Below, piece after piece: positions 25,449-33,622 of a stretch of DNA of 40,442 nucleotides. The DNA is from Actinomycetota bacterium (GTDB taxonomy: Bacteria > Actinomycetota > UBA4738 > HRBIN12), in assembly GCA_050692695.1 (NCBI GenBank), contig JBOGVI010000149.1:1-40442 (forward strand). The letters are read 5' to 3'. A program made the translations under genes and the position numbers. The stretch's first letter is position 1; the number at the start of each line of letters is the position of its first letter. A model generated the notes under the pieces. It worked only from the letters and a program-made list of their open reading frames with translations, ran no database searches and was not told the DNA's origin.

Positions 25449-26111
25449 ATGGCCGACCGGTGGGCCACCTTCGACTGCTACGGAACGCTTATCGATTGGA
25501 TGTCCGGCATCCGGGACGCGCTCTCCGAGCTGTGGCCGGAGCGCGACACGGAGCTGCTGCTCGGCGCGTATCACGAGATCGAGCCGGAAGTGCAGCGGGG
25601 CCGGTCCATCCCCTATCGGCAGGTGCTGACCGAAGGGCTGGAGCGACTGGCGCACCGGGAGGGGCTGGAGCTCGAGGACGACGACCGGGCGGCGCTGGCG
25701 GATTCCCTCCCGACGTGGCCTCCGTTCCGGGAGGTCCCGTCGACCTCAGCGGAGCTGCGCGAGCGCGGATGGAAGCTGGCCGTCCTGTCGAACACCGACC
25801 CCGACCTGCTCGACGCGTCGTTGTCACTGATCGGGGCACCGGTGGACCTGCGGATCACGGCGGCCGAGGCCGGTTCGTACAAGCCCGCCCCCGGCCACTG
25901 GGACCGGTTCTTCGAGGCGACGAAGGCCGACCGCTCGCGGCACGTGCACGTAGCCGCGTCGCTGTTCCACGACATCGCGCCGTGTCGCGACCTCGGGTTG
26001 ACAGCGGTGTGGATCAACCGGCTGGGGGAGACCTCGGAGCTGCCTCGAGCGGCCGAGCTGCCGACATTGGCGGCTCTTCCCGAGACCGTTGATCTCTTGG
26101 TCCCCCGGTAG
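25449..26111 (+). CDS. HAD-superfamily hydrolase (haloacid dehalogenase type II-like)
   Basis: 220-aa ORF. Motif I is [10 protein letters not shown], motif II is VLSNTD, and a C-terminal VAASLFHDI acidic motif is present. Confidence 0.8.
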   Translation: MADRWATFDCYGTLIDWMSGIRDALSELWPERDTELLLGAYHEIEPEVQRGRSIPYRQVLTEGLERLAHREGLELEDDDRAALADSLPTWPPFREVPSTSAELRERGWKLAVLSNTDPDLLDASLSLIGAPVDLRITAAEAGSYKPAPGHWDRFFEATKADRSRHVHVAASLFHDIAPCRDLGLTAVWINRLGETSELPRAAELPTLAALPETVDLLVPR

Positions 26112-26121
26112 AGTGAGGGCC

Positions 26122-26694
26122 ATGGACGAGGTCGACCGCAAGAAGATCGAGGAGGGCGTCCGACTGATCCTGGAGGGGATCGGCGACGACCCTGAGCGCG
26201 AGGGCATCAAGGAAACGCCACGCCGCGTCGCGGACATGTACGACGAGATCTTCTCCGGCGTGGGCGTCGACCCCACCCCCGTCGCGACCGTCGTCCCCGG
26301 AGCCAACTTCGACGAGATGATCATGGTGAAGGACATCCCCCTGCAGTCTCTCTGTGAACATCATCTCCTTCCGTTCAACGGGAAGGCCCACGTCGCGTAC
26401 ATCCCGAACAAGGACGGGCGCATCACCGGCCTGTCGAAGATCGCGCGGGTCGTGGACATCCTGTCCAAGCGCCCGCAGGTCCAGGAACGGCTCACCACAG
26501 AGATCGCCGACACGATCGACGATGCGCTGAAGCCGCGCGGGGTGTTCGTGATGATCGAGGCCGAGCACCTGTGCATGACGATGCGCGGCGTGAAGAAGCC
26601 CGGCTCGCTCACCGTGACGTCGGCGGTCCGCGGGCTGTTTCGCTCGGACGCCCGGACCCGCCAGGAGGCGCTCAGCCACATCGGCAAGAGCTAG
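26122..26694 (+). CDS. folE: GTP cyclohydrolase I
   Basis: I used the ATG at 26122 (SD GAGTGAGGG). Motifs: [42 protein letters not shown] and [12 protein letters not shown]. Confidence 0.93.
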   Translation: MDEVDRKKIEEGVRLILEGIGDDPEREGIKETPRRVADMYDEIFSGVGVDPTPVATVVPGANFDEMIMVKDIPLQSLCEHHLLPFNGKAHVAYIPNKDGRITGLSKIARVVDILSKRPQVQERLTTEIADTIDDALKPRGVFVMIEAEHLCMTMRGVKKPGSLTVTSAVRGLFRSDARTRQEALSHIGKS

Positions 26695-26699
26695 AGCGG

Positions 26700-27235
26700 C
26701 TACCGAACGTGGAGGTAGTACAGCATCCCTTCGAAGTCCGGCTGTTCTGAAGCCCGCACGAAGCTGAGGGCCTCCAGGCATCGGATCGACCCTTCGTTGT
26801 CGGGCTCGACCCCAGCGCCGAATACCTGGATGTCGGCGACCTCGGGGCGGTCCAGCACCGCGCGAGCCATTGCCTTGCAGTACCCCTGTCTCCAGCTGAG
26901 CGGGTCGACGACGAAAGCCAGGCTGATTCGGGAAGCTCGATGGCATCGAGGATGATCGGGCCTTCGGGGCCCTCACCGCATAGATCGTCCACCGATCGTC
27001 GGTCTCCCCACGATCAGCCCGACGGCTTCCTCCACATCGAAGGCGACCCAGTCGAACCGTCCCGTCACCATCGCCCCTCGAAACTCGGTCCCCGGCGGCT
27101 GTGCCATCAGGCGGAACTCGCGGGCGGGCCATTCCCGTCCGCCGAGCCTGCTCTGAACCTCTGGTCGTCGAACCACCGTTCGACCAGCGGCAGATGCTCG
27201 GGTTCGAACGGGACCAGCTCGACGTGCACATTCAC
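26700..27235 (-). pseudogene. GNAT-family N-acetyltransferase pseudogene (at least three frame disruptions)
   Basis: A GTG start at 27235 with an intact SD (AAGAGGAGG) gives VNVHVELVPFEPEHLPLVERWFDD. The reading frame must then switch at least three times. Segments: EVQSRLGGREWPAREF...VAFDVEEAVGLIVG, then GEGPEGPIILDAIELPES, then LAFVVDPLSWRQGYCKAMARAVL...VEPDNEGSIRCLEALSFV...MLYYLHVR-stop at 26700. In-frame stops terminate each segment. Confidence 0.6.
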
Positions 27236-27406
27236 TGTGGCCTCCTCTTGCTCTCTCGCCCCAGCCACTCGATCGATGGGTGGGAGAGGAGGCCCCCTGG
27301 CGCCCGCAGCTACACGGGCTAGGTCCGCCAATGAGCGTGAGCGGAACAGGTGCACCCAGGGTGGCATGGCTCGTTCGTCCGGTCAATCGGACGCGGCACG
27401 ATCCTG

Positions 27407-27433
27407 GGAACCCCGTTCACATCTCGGCCGGTC
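27407..27433 (+). promoter_or_regulatory. Candidate ECF-type promoter (GGAAC ... GTC) upstream of the sigma factor gene
   Basis: GGAAC at 27407-27411 and cgGTCc at 27429-27434, about 12-20 nt before the candidate GTG starts. This is the pattern expected for autoregulated ECF sigma genes, but the spacer is slightly long. Confidence 0.25.
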
Positions 27434-27445
27434 CTTCCTCCTGTA

Positions 27446-27931
27446 GTGGAGAGGGTGCGAGAGGCGCCGGCGGGCCTGCGCCGAGAGGACGATCTCGAGC
27501 GCCTGTACCGGGAGCAGGGGGGCCGGATGTGGCGCGCGGTGCTTGCGTTCGCCGGCGACCCGGAGGTTGCGAGCGATGCCGTGGCCGAGGCCTTCGCCCA
27601 GGCGCTGAGGAGGGGTGACCAGATCCGTGACCCGGAGCGGTGGCTGTGGCGGGCGGCGTTCCGGATCGCGGCCGGGGATCTGAAGGAGCGCGGGCGTCGA
27701 GTGCCGGCGGTCGTGGAGGAGTCCTACGAGATGGAGGAGCCGGCCCGCGAGCTGGTGGCGGCGCTCGCGAAGCTCTCGGACAAGCAGCGGTCGGCGGTGG
27801 TGCTGCACCACGCCGCTGGGTACCCGGTGAGCGAGGTCGCGGAGATCATCGGATCGACTTCGGCGGCCGTCCGGGTGCATCTGATGCGGGCGCGGCGACG
27901 CCTTCGCGAGCTGCTGGAGGACGAGGGATGA
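27446..27931 (+). CDS. ECF (group 4) RNA polymerase sigma-70 family factor
   Basis: Region 2 is LERLYREQGGRMWRAVLAFAGDPEVASDAVAEAF. Region 4 is LSDKQRSAVVLHHAAGYPVSEVAEIIGSTSAAVRVHLMRARRRL. The start is uncertain: GTG at 27446 or 27455, and the track ORF starts at GTG 27350. Confidence 0.8.
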   Translation: MERVREAPAGLRREDDLERLYREQGGRMWRAVLAFAGDPEVASDAVAEAFAQALRRGDQIRDPERWLWRAAFRIAAGDLKERGRRVPAVVEESYEMEEPARELVAALAKLSDKQRSAVVLHHAAGYPVSEVAEIIGSTSAAVRVHLMRARRRLRELLEDEG

Positions 27932-29535
27932 AGCTCGCGGAGCGCTTCGAGACGCTCGGCCGAACCCGAACGCCGGACCTCTGGCCCGAAGTGGTCCGCC
28001 GCGAACCGCGGCCACTCTCGCTTGAAGTGCAGCAGAGGCACCGGGCCCTGACCGCCGCCCTGGCCCTCGCGGTTGCCATGGCGGCGATCGGGCTTACCTT
28101 TCGCGCGTTCGTTGGGACCGGGGAGCGCAGCCCGGTCTCAACACAAGAGCCGGACATCTCTATCCCGCAGCTGTATCCACACGTGACGTCCACAGTCCGG
28201 GTTGGCTCGGAGGGTGGAGCGGTACTCTTCGCCTTCGACAGTGTGTGGGTCACGACACGCGATGACGTCGGGGCAGGATACGTGGTTCGCGTCGACCCAG
28301 CGACCAACGGTGTGGTCGCTCGCGTCCCAGTGGACGCGGTCCCGGGCTGGGAGGGCGGAGGCGGGGGTCTGGCCGCAGGAGCGGGCTCGATCTGGGTGAC
28401 CGGCGGGGGCCGGTTCTCCGGCGGTGCGTCCGGGGCCCTCCTGCACCGGATCGACGCTCGGTCGAACGATGTCCAGGCGACGATCGTGCTCGACCAAGGG
28501 CGGTATTCCCATGGACAGGACGTCACGGTCTCGGACGACGCGGTCTGGGTGGTCCTATCCGCAGACGATGGCGAGGGTGCCCGTGACTTCGTCGCGAAGG
28601 TCGCTCCGGCGACGAACGAGGTCGTCGCCAAGATCCCGCTCGAGCACCAGTGGGCTCATTGGATCGCAACCACAGGGGATCGTGTCGTCGTTCTCGAACA
28701 TCGAACGTTCGGCGAGGGGAACCGCGCGGGGGTCTTCACCACGATCGACGCCAGGACGAACGAGGTCGTCGCCAGCGTGGAGCCGGACCTGCACGGACCC
28801 GCGTGGGGACTGGCTCTATGGGGCGACCAGGTGTGGACTGACGCTGGGGGGTGGGAGCTCGCCGGTGTTGATCCGCTCACTGGCGATGCTGTGCCGTTCG
28901 ATACCGTGCTCGCGGTTTCCTTCGAGGGCTTGGCAGTCGGCGAAGGCGGCATCTGGTTCGTGGGATACAACTCCAACGCCAAGAACGAGCGACCCGTCAC
29001 CATCAACCGTCTGAACCCCAATACCAGAATGATCGACGTGTCGGTCGAGACTCCACTCACACGAGGAGGCTCGATCGCCGTGGGCGGCGGGGCGGTCTGG
29101 CACATGGGCTTGTACCCGGGCGATCTGACCCGCATCGACCTTGCTCCGCCCGCCCGGGAGAACGTCGACGGCCATGAGGCCGGCTTCGTCGCGCCGCTGG
29201 TCGCTCGGTTCATGCAGGCGCGAATCGAAGGGTTCGGTGCGGGCCAATACGTGACCGGTGGCGGCCTCGATGCATGGACCTCCGGCCTGGAGCCCCTCTA
29301 CAGCCCGAAGGGGGTCCGTTACGAGAGCTTCGCCATCGTCTTCGTCGACGACCTGGGGAACGGGACCTACGAGGTCGGCACCCGGATGTTCGGGGCTCTC
29401 ATGGACGGCGAAGACGAGTGGTTCACCGAGCCCCTCTTCGAGGAAACACTGTTCGTGGGCCCGGGAGAAGGCCTGGATGGCGAACAGCACGCTCTCCTCG
29501 TCACGGGTGGGCGGTCCGGCTTGGTGGGCCCGTGA
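27928..29535 (+). CDS. Single-pass membrane protein with an extracytoplasmic 7-bladed beta-propeller; putative anti-sigma or sigma-associated sensor
   Basis: The ATG at 27928 overlaps the sigma stop as ATGA. There is a short cytoplasmic N-terminus (PDLWPEVVRREP), a TM helix (ALTAALALAVAMAAIGLTF) and seven repeats of the form xxVWVxx...RIDxxTNxVVAxI. A ~140-aa C-terminal domain follows. Confidence 0.7.
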   Translation: MKLAERFETLGRTRTPDLWPEVVRREPRPLSLEVQQRHRALTAALALAVAMAAIGLTFRAFVGTGERSPVSTQEPDISIPQLYPHVTSTVRVGSEGGAVLFAFDSVWVTTRDDVGAGYVVRVDPATNGVVARVPVDAVPGWEGGGGGLAAGAGSIWVTGGGRFSGGASGALLHRIDARSNDVQATIVLDQGRYSHGQDVTVSDDAVWVVLSADDGEGARDFVAKVAPATNEVVAKIPLEHQWAHWIATTGDRVVVLEHRTFGEGNRAGVFTTIDARTNEVVASVEPDLHGPAWGLALWGDQVWTDAGGWELAGVDPLTGDAVPFDTVLAVSFEGLAVGEGGIWFVGYNSNAKNERPVTINRLNPNTRMIDVSVETPLTRGGSIAVGGGAVWHMGLYPGDLTRIDLAPPARENVDGHEAGFVAPLVARFMQARIEGFGAGQYVTGGGLDAWTSGLEPLYSPKGVRYESFAIVFVDDLGNGTYEVGTRMFGALMDGEDEWFTEPLFEETLFVGPGEGLDGEQHALLVTGGRSGLVGP

Positions 29536-29661
29536 CAAGAAGGGGAATCAACGCGGACGGATGACCGGTTCGCCTTCGAGCGAGCTGCGGCGGCTTCAAG
29601 GGTGCCGGTCCTGCGCCCGCCCGCGCCGCTGACCGCTGCTTGAGGTGGATCCGCCCCAGCC

Positions 29662-30900
29662 TCAACCGAATCCCGGGCGGAGATGGAGGCCGCTTTGACC
29701 ATCCTCTGAGCGGACAGCCAGGACCTGGTGGACCTGGGTCCGACCGGCCTCGAAGTTCAACGCCGACGCCGCCATGTACAGCCGCCAGATGCGAGCCCGG
29801 GCCGCTCCTGCCTCTGCCGTAGCCCGGCCCCAGTTCGCCTCAAGATTGCGGACCCATGCCCGCAGCGTGAGCGCGTAGTGCTCCCGCAGGCTCTCCACGT
29901 GCCGGACCTCAAACCCGGCGCGCTGGATCGTCGACACGACGCTTCCAACCTCATGCAGCTCGCCGTCGGGGAACACGTAGGCGTCGATGAAGCTGTGCCT
30001 AGCGAACCGTGCGCGGCGTCCCGGCGGCCGGCTGATGCCGTGGTTCAGCAGCCGCCCTCCCGGCGGGAGGAGGGAGTACAGCCGTCCGAAGTACCCCGCG
30101 AGCTGCGACAGGCCGACGTGTTCGAACATCCCGATCGAGGAGATGACGTCGTAGGGGCCGTCCCGGACGTCCCGGTAGTCCTGGAGACGGACCTCGACCC
30201 GGTCGGCGAGGCCGGACTCAGCAACGGCCTTCGCCGCCCACTCGGCCTGCCGTCGGGAGATGGTGACGCCGACCGCGGTAACGCCGTGGTGGGTCGCGGC
30301 ATGCATGACCATCCCGCCCCACCCGCACCCCACGTCGAGCAGCCGCATGCCGGGCCGCAGCCCGAGCTTCAGGCAGGCCAGCTCGTGCTTCGCGGCCTGG
30401 GCGTCCTCGAGCGGCACCGAGGGGTCGGCCCACACGGCGCACGAGTAGGTCATCGAGGGGCCGAGGACGAGCCCGTAGAACACGTTCGACACGTCGTAGT
30501 GGTGGGCGATGGCCGCGGAGTCCCGCTCCTTCGAGTGCCGCCTGCCGCGGAGCCTGGCCTCCTCGGGCGGGGGAGGTAGCGGTCGAAGCGCGGACGGTCC
30601 GAGCAGGCGAAGGACACCCACCCACTCGCGAGGTCCGAGACGCGCCCCGGGCAACCGATCGCGGAGGGCCGAGAGGGCCGCGTAGATGTCGCCCTCCACG
30701 TCGAGCTCCCCGGCCACGTAGGCGCGGCCCAGGCCGAGCTCGCCGGGTGCGGTCAGCAGTCGCCGAAGCACTCGCTGGGACCGGACCACGAGGGTGGCCG
30801 AGGCGTCGGCCGGACCGAGCCGGCTGCCGTCGTACGCCCGGATGCCGACCGGGAGGTCGGGTCCCAGGATCCGTTCCAGGAGGGGGGCCAGCCTCGTCAC
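29662..30900 (-). CDS. cfa: Cyclopropane-fatty-acyl-phospholipid synthase family SAM-dependent methyltransferase
   Basis: I used the GTG at 30900; the 735-aa track ORF runs antisense into folP. Motifs: HYDVSNVFYGLVLGPSMTYSCAVW, the SAM motif LLDVGCGWGGMVMHAA, SIGMFEHVG and HYALTLRAW. Confidence 0.88.
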   Translation of the reverse strand: MTRLAPLLERILGPDLPVGIRAYDGSRLGPADASATLVVRSQRVLRRLLTAPGELGLGRAYVAGELDVEGDIYAALSALRDRLPGARLGPREWVGVLRLLGPSALRPLPPPPEEARLRGRRHSKERDSAAIAHHYDVSNVFYGLVLGPSMTYSCAVWADPSVPLEDAQAAKHELACLKLGLRPGMRLLDVGCGWGGMVMHAATHHGVTAVGVTISRRQAEWAAKAVAESGLADRVEVRLQDYRDVRDGPYDVISSIGMFEHVGLSQLAGYFGRLYSLLPPGGRLLNHGISRPPGRRARFARHSFIDAYVFPDGELHEVGSVVSTIQRAGFEVRHVESLREHYALTLRAWVRNLEANWGRATAEAGAARARIWRLYMAASALNFEAGRTQVHQVLAVRSEDGQSGLHLRPGFG

Positions 30901-30936
30901 CCAAGGAGTGTATGTCGCCCCGGCTACGATGGAGTC

Positions 30937-31791
30937 GTGACCGACGGCAAGCTCGTGTGGCGGGTCGGAGAACGTGCGCTGGATTGCTCCGAGCGGACCC
31001 TCGTCATGGGCATCCTGAACGTCACGCCCGACTCGTTCTCCGATGGCGGGCGGTTCCTCGACCCGGGGGCGGCGACGAAGCACGGCCTCCGGATCGTCGG
31101 CGAGGGCGCCGACATCGTCGACGTGGGGGGCGAGTCCACCCGGCCCGGATCGGACCCCGTCTCGGCGGAGGAGGAACGCGACCATGTGCTCCCCGTGATC
31201 GAGACGCTGGCGTCGAAGGTGTCCGTTCCCATTTCCATCGATACCCGGAAGCCTTCGGTGGCCAAGGCCGCGCTGGATGCCGGCGCCACCATCGTGAACG
31301 ACATCTCCGGCGGACGTGACCAGGAGATGTTCGACGTGGTTCGCGAGGCGGGAGCCGGGATGGTCCTCATGCACATGAAGGGCGAGCCCAAGACGATGCA
31401 GGAGGCCCCCCTCTATGACGACGTCGTCGAGGAAGTCCACGAGTTCTTGGGCGAGCGGATCGAGGCGGCGGCGTTCGCCGGCATCGAGCCTGAGTGCCTG
31501 TGCATCGACCCCGGCATCGGTTTCGGCAAGGACCTCCAGCACAACCTCACGCTGATGCACCACCTGGACGCGCTGCTCGACCTGGGCCGGCCGGTCCTCG
31601 TCGGCCCATCCCGCAAGCGGTTCATCGGGACGCTGCTCGACCTCCCCGACGACCAGCGGGTCGAGGGGACGGCCGGCGCTGTGGCCTGGCTCGTCGCCCG
31701 GGGCGCGCGCATCGTGCGCGTGCACGACGTGAAGGAGATGGTCCGCGTGGTCCGGGTGGTCGACGCGATCGCGCGGGCCGGGCGGCGGTGA
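30937..31791 (+). CDS. folP: Dihydropteroate synthase
   Basis: 284-aa ORF. Motifs: VMGILNVTPDSFSDGG, DIVDVGGESTRPG, SIDT, NDISG and DPGIGFGK. Confidence 0.93.
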   Translation: MTDGKLVWRVGERALDCSERTLVMGILNVTPDSFSDGGRFLDPGAATKHGLRIVGEGADIVDVGGESTRPGSDPVSAEEERDHVLPVIETLASKVSVPISIDTRKPSVAKAALDAGATIVNDISGGRDQEMFDVVREAGAGMVLMHMKGEPKTMQEAPLYDDVVEEVHEFLGERIEAAAFAGIEPECLCIDPGIGFGKDLQHNLTLMHHLDALLDLGRPVLVGPSRKRFIGTLLDLPDDQRVEGTAGAVAWLVARGARIVRVHDVKEMVRVVRVVDAIARAGRR

Positions 31792-32684
31792 CCGACCTCG
31801 AGAAGAGACGGGTCCGCGTCTCCGCCGGCGAGATCGCTTACGTCGAGGAGGGCGACGCTCAGAACCCACCGATCGTCTTCCTGCACGGGTTCCCGACGTC
31901 CTCTTTCCTGTGGCGGGAGTTCGTGCCGCTGTTCGCGCCGTGGACGTACGTGGTCGCCCCGGACCTGCTCGGCTGCGGCGACTCCGGCCGGTCGGAGGAC
32001 GCCGACCTCCACATCCGGGCCCAGGCCGGGTACGTCCGGGAGCTTCTCATGGAACTCGGCATCGACCGGTTGGCCGCGGTCGGCCATGGCCACGGCGGTG
32101 GCATCGCTCAACTCCTTGCGCTCGAGGGAGGAGTGGAGGCACTGGTGCTGATCGATTCGGTCGCGTTCGACGCGTGGCCCGGCGAAGGAACGAGACGCCT
32201 GCAACGCCTCCCAAAGTACGAGCGCACCGAGGACGTCGTCCGGACGGCGTTCGAGGCGTTCCTCGATGAGGCGATCGAGCATCCGGAGCGCCGTACCGAC
32301 GAGGTCCGCGCCGAGTACGTTCGGCCGTTCCTGGGCGAACGGGGCGTGCGCTCCTTCTTCCGTGGGATCGGTGCGGCAGACGGGCTCGGCCTGGCCGGGA
32401 GGGAGGAGGACCTCGGGAAGCTCACGTGCCCCACCCTCATCCTGTGGGGTGAGACCGATCCCTACTTCCCAGCTAAGGTGGCCGAGCGCCTGAACGAGGC
32501 CATCCTCACCTCCAGCCTGGCGCTCCTCCCCGGCTGCTCTCACCTGCTCCCCGAGGACGCCCCGGAGACCATCGGGCCGCTCATGTTCGACTATCTTCGG
32601 TCCAGGTACCTGGGCCGGCCGCACTCGCACGGCGAGCCGGGGGCCGTGCCGATCAGCTTGGAGCGGCGCCCGCCCGACCGGTAG
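31788..32684 (+). CDS. Alpha/beta-hydrolase fold protein (haloalkane dehalogenase/epoxide hydrolase-like) with a substituted nucleophile
   Basis: The GTG at 31788 overlaps the folP TGA as GTGA. FLHGFPTSSFLWREFVP is the HGxPTSSxLWR signature. At the nucleophile elbow the sequence is AVGHGHGGG where HDWG or GxSxG is expected. The C-terminal His is retained (PGCSHLLPEDAP). Confidence 0.8.
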   Translation: MTDLEKRRVRVSAGEIAYVEEGDAQNPPIVFLHGFPTSSFLWREFVPLFAPWTYVVAPDLLGCGDSGRSEDADLHIRAQAGYVRELLMELGIDRLAAVGHGHGGGIAQLLALEGGVEALVLIDSVAFDAWPGEGTRRLQRLPKYERTEDVVRTAFEAFLDEAIEHPERRTDEVRAEYVRPFLGERGVRSFFRGIGAADGLGLAGREEDLGKLTCPTLILWGETDPYFPAKVAERLNEAILTSSLALLPGCSHLLPEDAPETIGPLMFDYLRSRYLGRPHSHGEPGAVPISLERRPPDR

Positions 32685-32694
32685 GGGAGGGGGC

Positions 32695-33051
32695 GTGACG
32701 ACGTCGAGGCTGTTCCTGACGGGCATCACGGCCGCCGGACGCCACGGGGCGAACCCCGGCGAGAAGGACCGGCCCCAGGACTTCGTGGTCGACCTCGACG
32801 TCGAAGTGGAGGTCACCGGCGACCGGATCGGAGGGACGGCCGACTACCGGAAGCTCGTGCAGACCGCGCGCGGTGTGGTGGCGAGCGAGTCCTTCGACCT
32901 GTTGGAGTCGCTGGCCGCAGCGGTGGCCCGGGCCGTGGCACATCGCGACGGCGTCGTGCGCGCCACGGCCATCGTCCACAAGCCGACCGCTGCGCGTTCG
33001 AACGAGTTACAAGGGGTCGCGGCCGCGGCCACCGTCCAATCGGATGGCTGA
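32695..33051 (+). CDS. folB: Dihydroneopterin aldolase
   Basis: 118-aa ORF with a GTG start. LTGITAAGRHGANPGEKDRPQDFVVDL and TADYRKL are FolB-like. It is in the conserved position between folP and folK. Confidence 0.88.
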   Translation: MTTSRLFLTGITAAGRHGANPGEKDRPQDFVVDLDVEVEVTGDRIGGTADYRKLVQTARGVVASESFDLLESLAAAVARAVAHRDGVVRATAIVHKPTAARSNELQGVAAAATVQSDG

Positions 33052-33063
33052 CCTCGGGGCGCC

Positions 33064-33570
33064 ATGGGGACCACCGCGTACCTGGGGCTCGGGTCAAACC
33101 TCGGTGATCGTCTGGCGAACCTCCAGCGCGCCGTGGAGCTCCTTGCGGCGCAACCGGGTCTGAAGGTCGTCCGGTCCTCGCGCGTGTACGAGACCGACCC
33201 GGTGGGCGGCCCGCCCCAGCCCGATTACCTGAACGCGGTCGTCGAAGTGGAGACCAGCGTGTCACCGCGCGAGCTCCTGAACGTGTGCATGGAGGTCGAA
33301 CGGGGATTTGGGCGGGTTCGGGACGAGCGGTGGGGCCCACGGACCATCGACATCGACGTGCTGACCTACGACGAGGAGGAGGTCGACGACCCGGACCTTA
33401 CCGTGCCACATCCCCGGATGCACCAGCGGGGTTTCGTGCTGGTACCTCTCATCGAGCTCGGCGCGGACCCCGTGCTGCCGGGGGGGAGGCGCCTCTCCAC
33501 GATTCGGCTGGGACCCGGGGCCGTGCTGGGAGTACGCCCCTTCGCCCCCCCGCTCGAGGTCCCGGGGTGA
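33064..33570 (+). CDS. folK: 2-amino-4-hydroxy-6-hydroxymethyldihydropteridine pyrophosphokinase
   Basis: 168-aa ORF. Motifs: AYLGLGSNLGDR, SRVYETDPVGGPPQPDYLNAVV, RWGPRTIDIDVL and VPHPRMHQRGFVLVPL. Confidence 0.9.
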   Translation: MGTTAYLGLGSNLGDRLANLQRAVELLAAQPGLKVVRSSRVYETDPVGGPPQPDYLNAVVEVETSVSPRELLNVCMEVERGFGRVRDERWGPRTIDIDVLTYDEEEVDDPDLTVPHPRMHQRGFVLVPLIELGADPVLPGGRRLSTIRLGPGAVLGVRPFAPPLEVPG

Positions 33571-33606
33571 CCGCCGGCGTCAAGCGTATGGCTCGGCTTC
33601 CCTAGT

Positions 33607-33615
33607 TGGGATACT
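33607..33615 (+). promoter_or_regulatory. Candidate extended -10 (TGgGATACT) 7 nt upstream of the DUF2520 gene ATG (leaderless-type)
   Basis: TGG-GATACT at 33607-33615 and ATG at 33623, with no SD in between. Confidence 0.3.
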
Positions 33616-33622
33616 CGCGGCC

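Noticed and set aside
23241-25655. An 804-aa minus-strand ORF. Similar long ORFs lie at 20238-22385 (-), 17306-19498 (-), 17785-19509 (+), 12130-14043 (+), 976-1704 (-) and 39171-40328 (-).
   Set aside because: All are antisense or out of frame relative to genes with strong motifs (ftsH, tilS/DUF2342, USP-ABC1, the histidine kinases, trkA/permease, clpC). All have low-complexity Arg/Pro/Gly composition. I treat them as non-coding shadows.
25425-26121. I looked for a THF or ZTP-type riboswitch, or another leader, in front of the folate genes (folE, folP).
   Set aside because: The gaps are 24 bp (ftsH-HAD), 10 bp (HAD-folE) and 36 bp (cfa-folP). None leaves room for a riboswitch aptamer.
29639-29666. 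A TTGAGG...CCTCAA inverted repeat between the convergent beta-propeller and cfa genes, considered as a bidirectional terminator.
   Set aside because: The stem is only 6 bp with a 14-nt loop, there is no U-tract, and it overlaps the cfa stop codon. This is not convincing as an intrinsic terminator.
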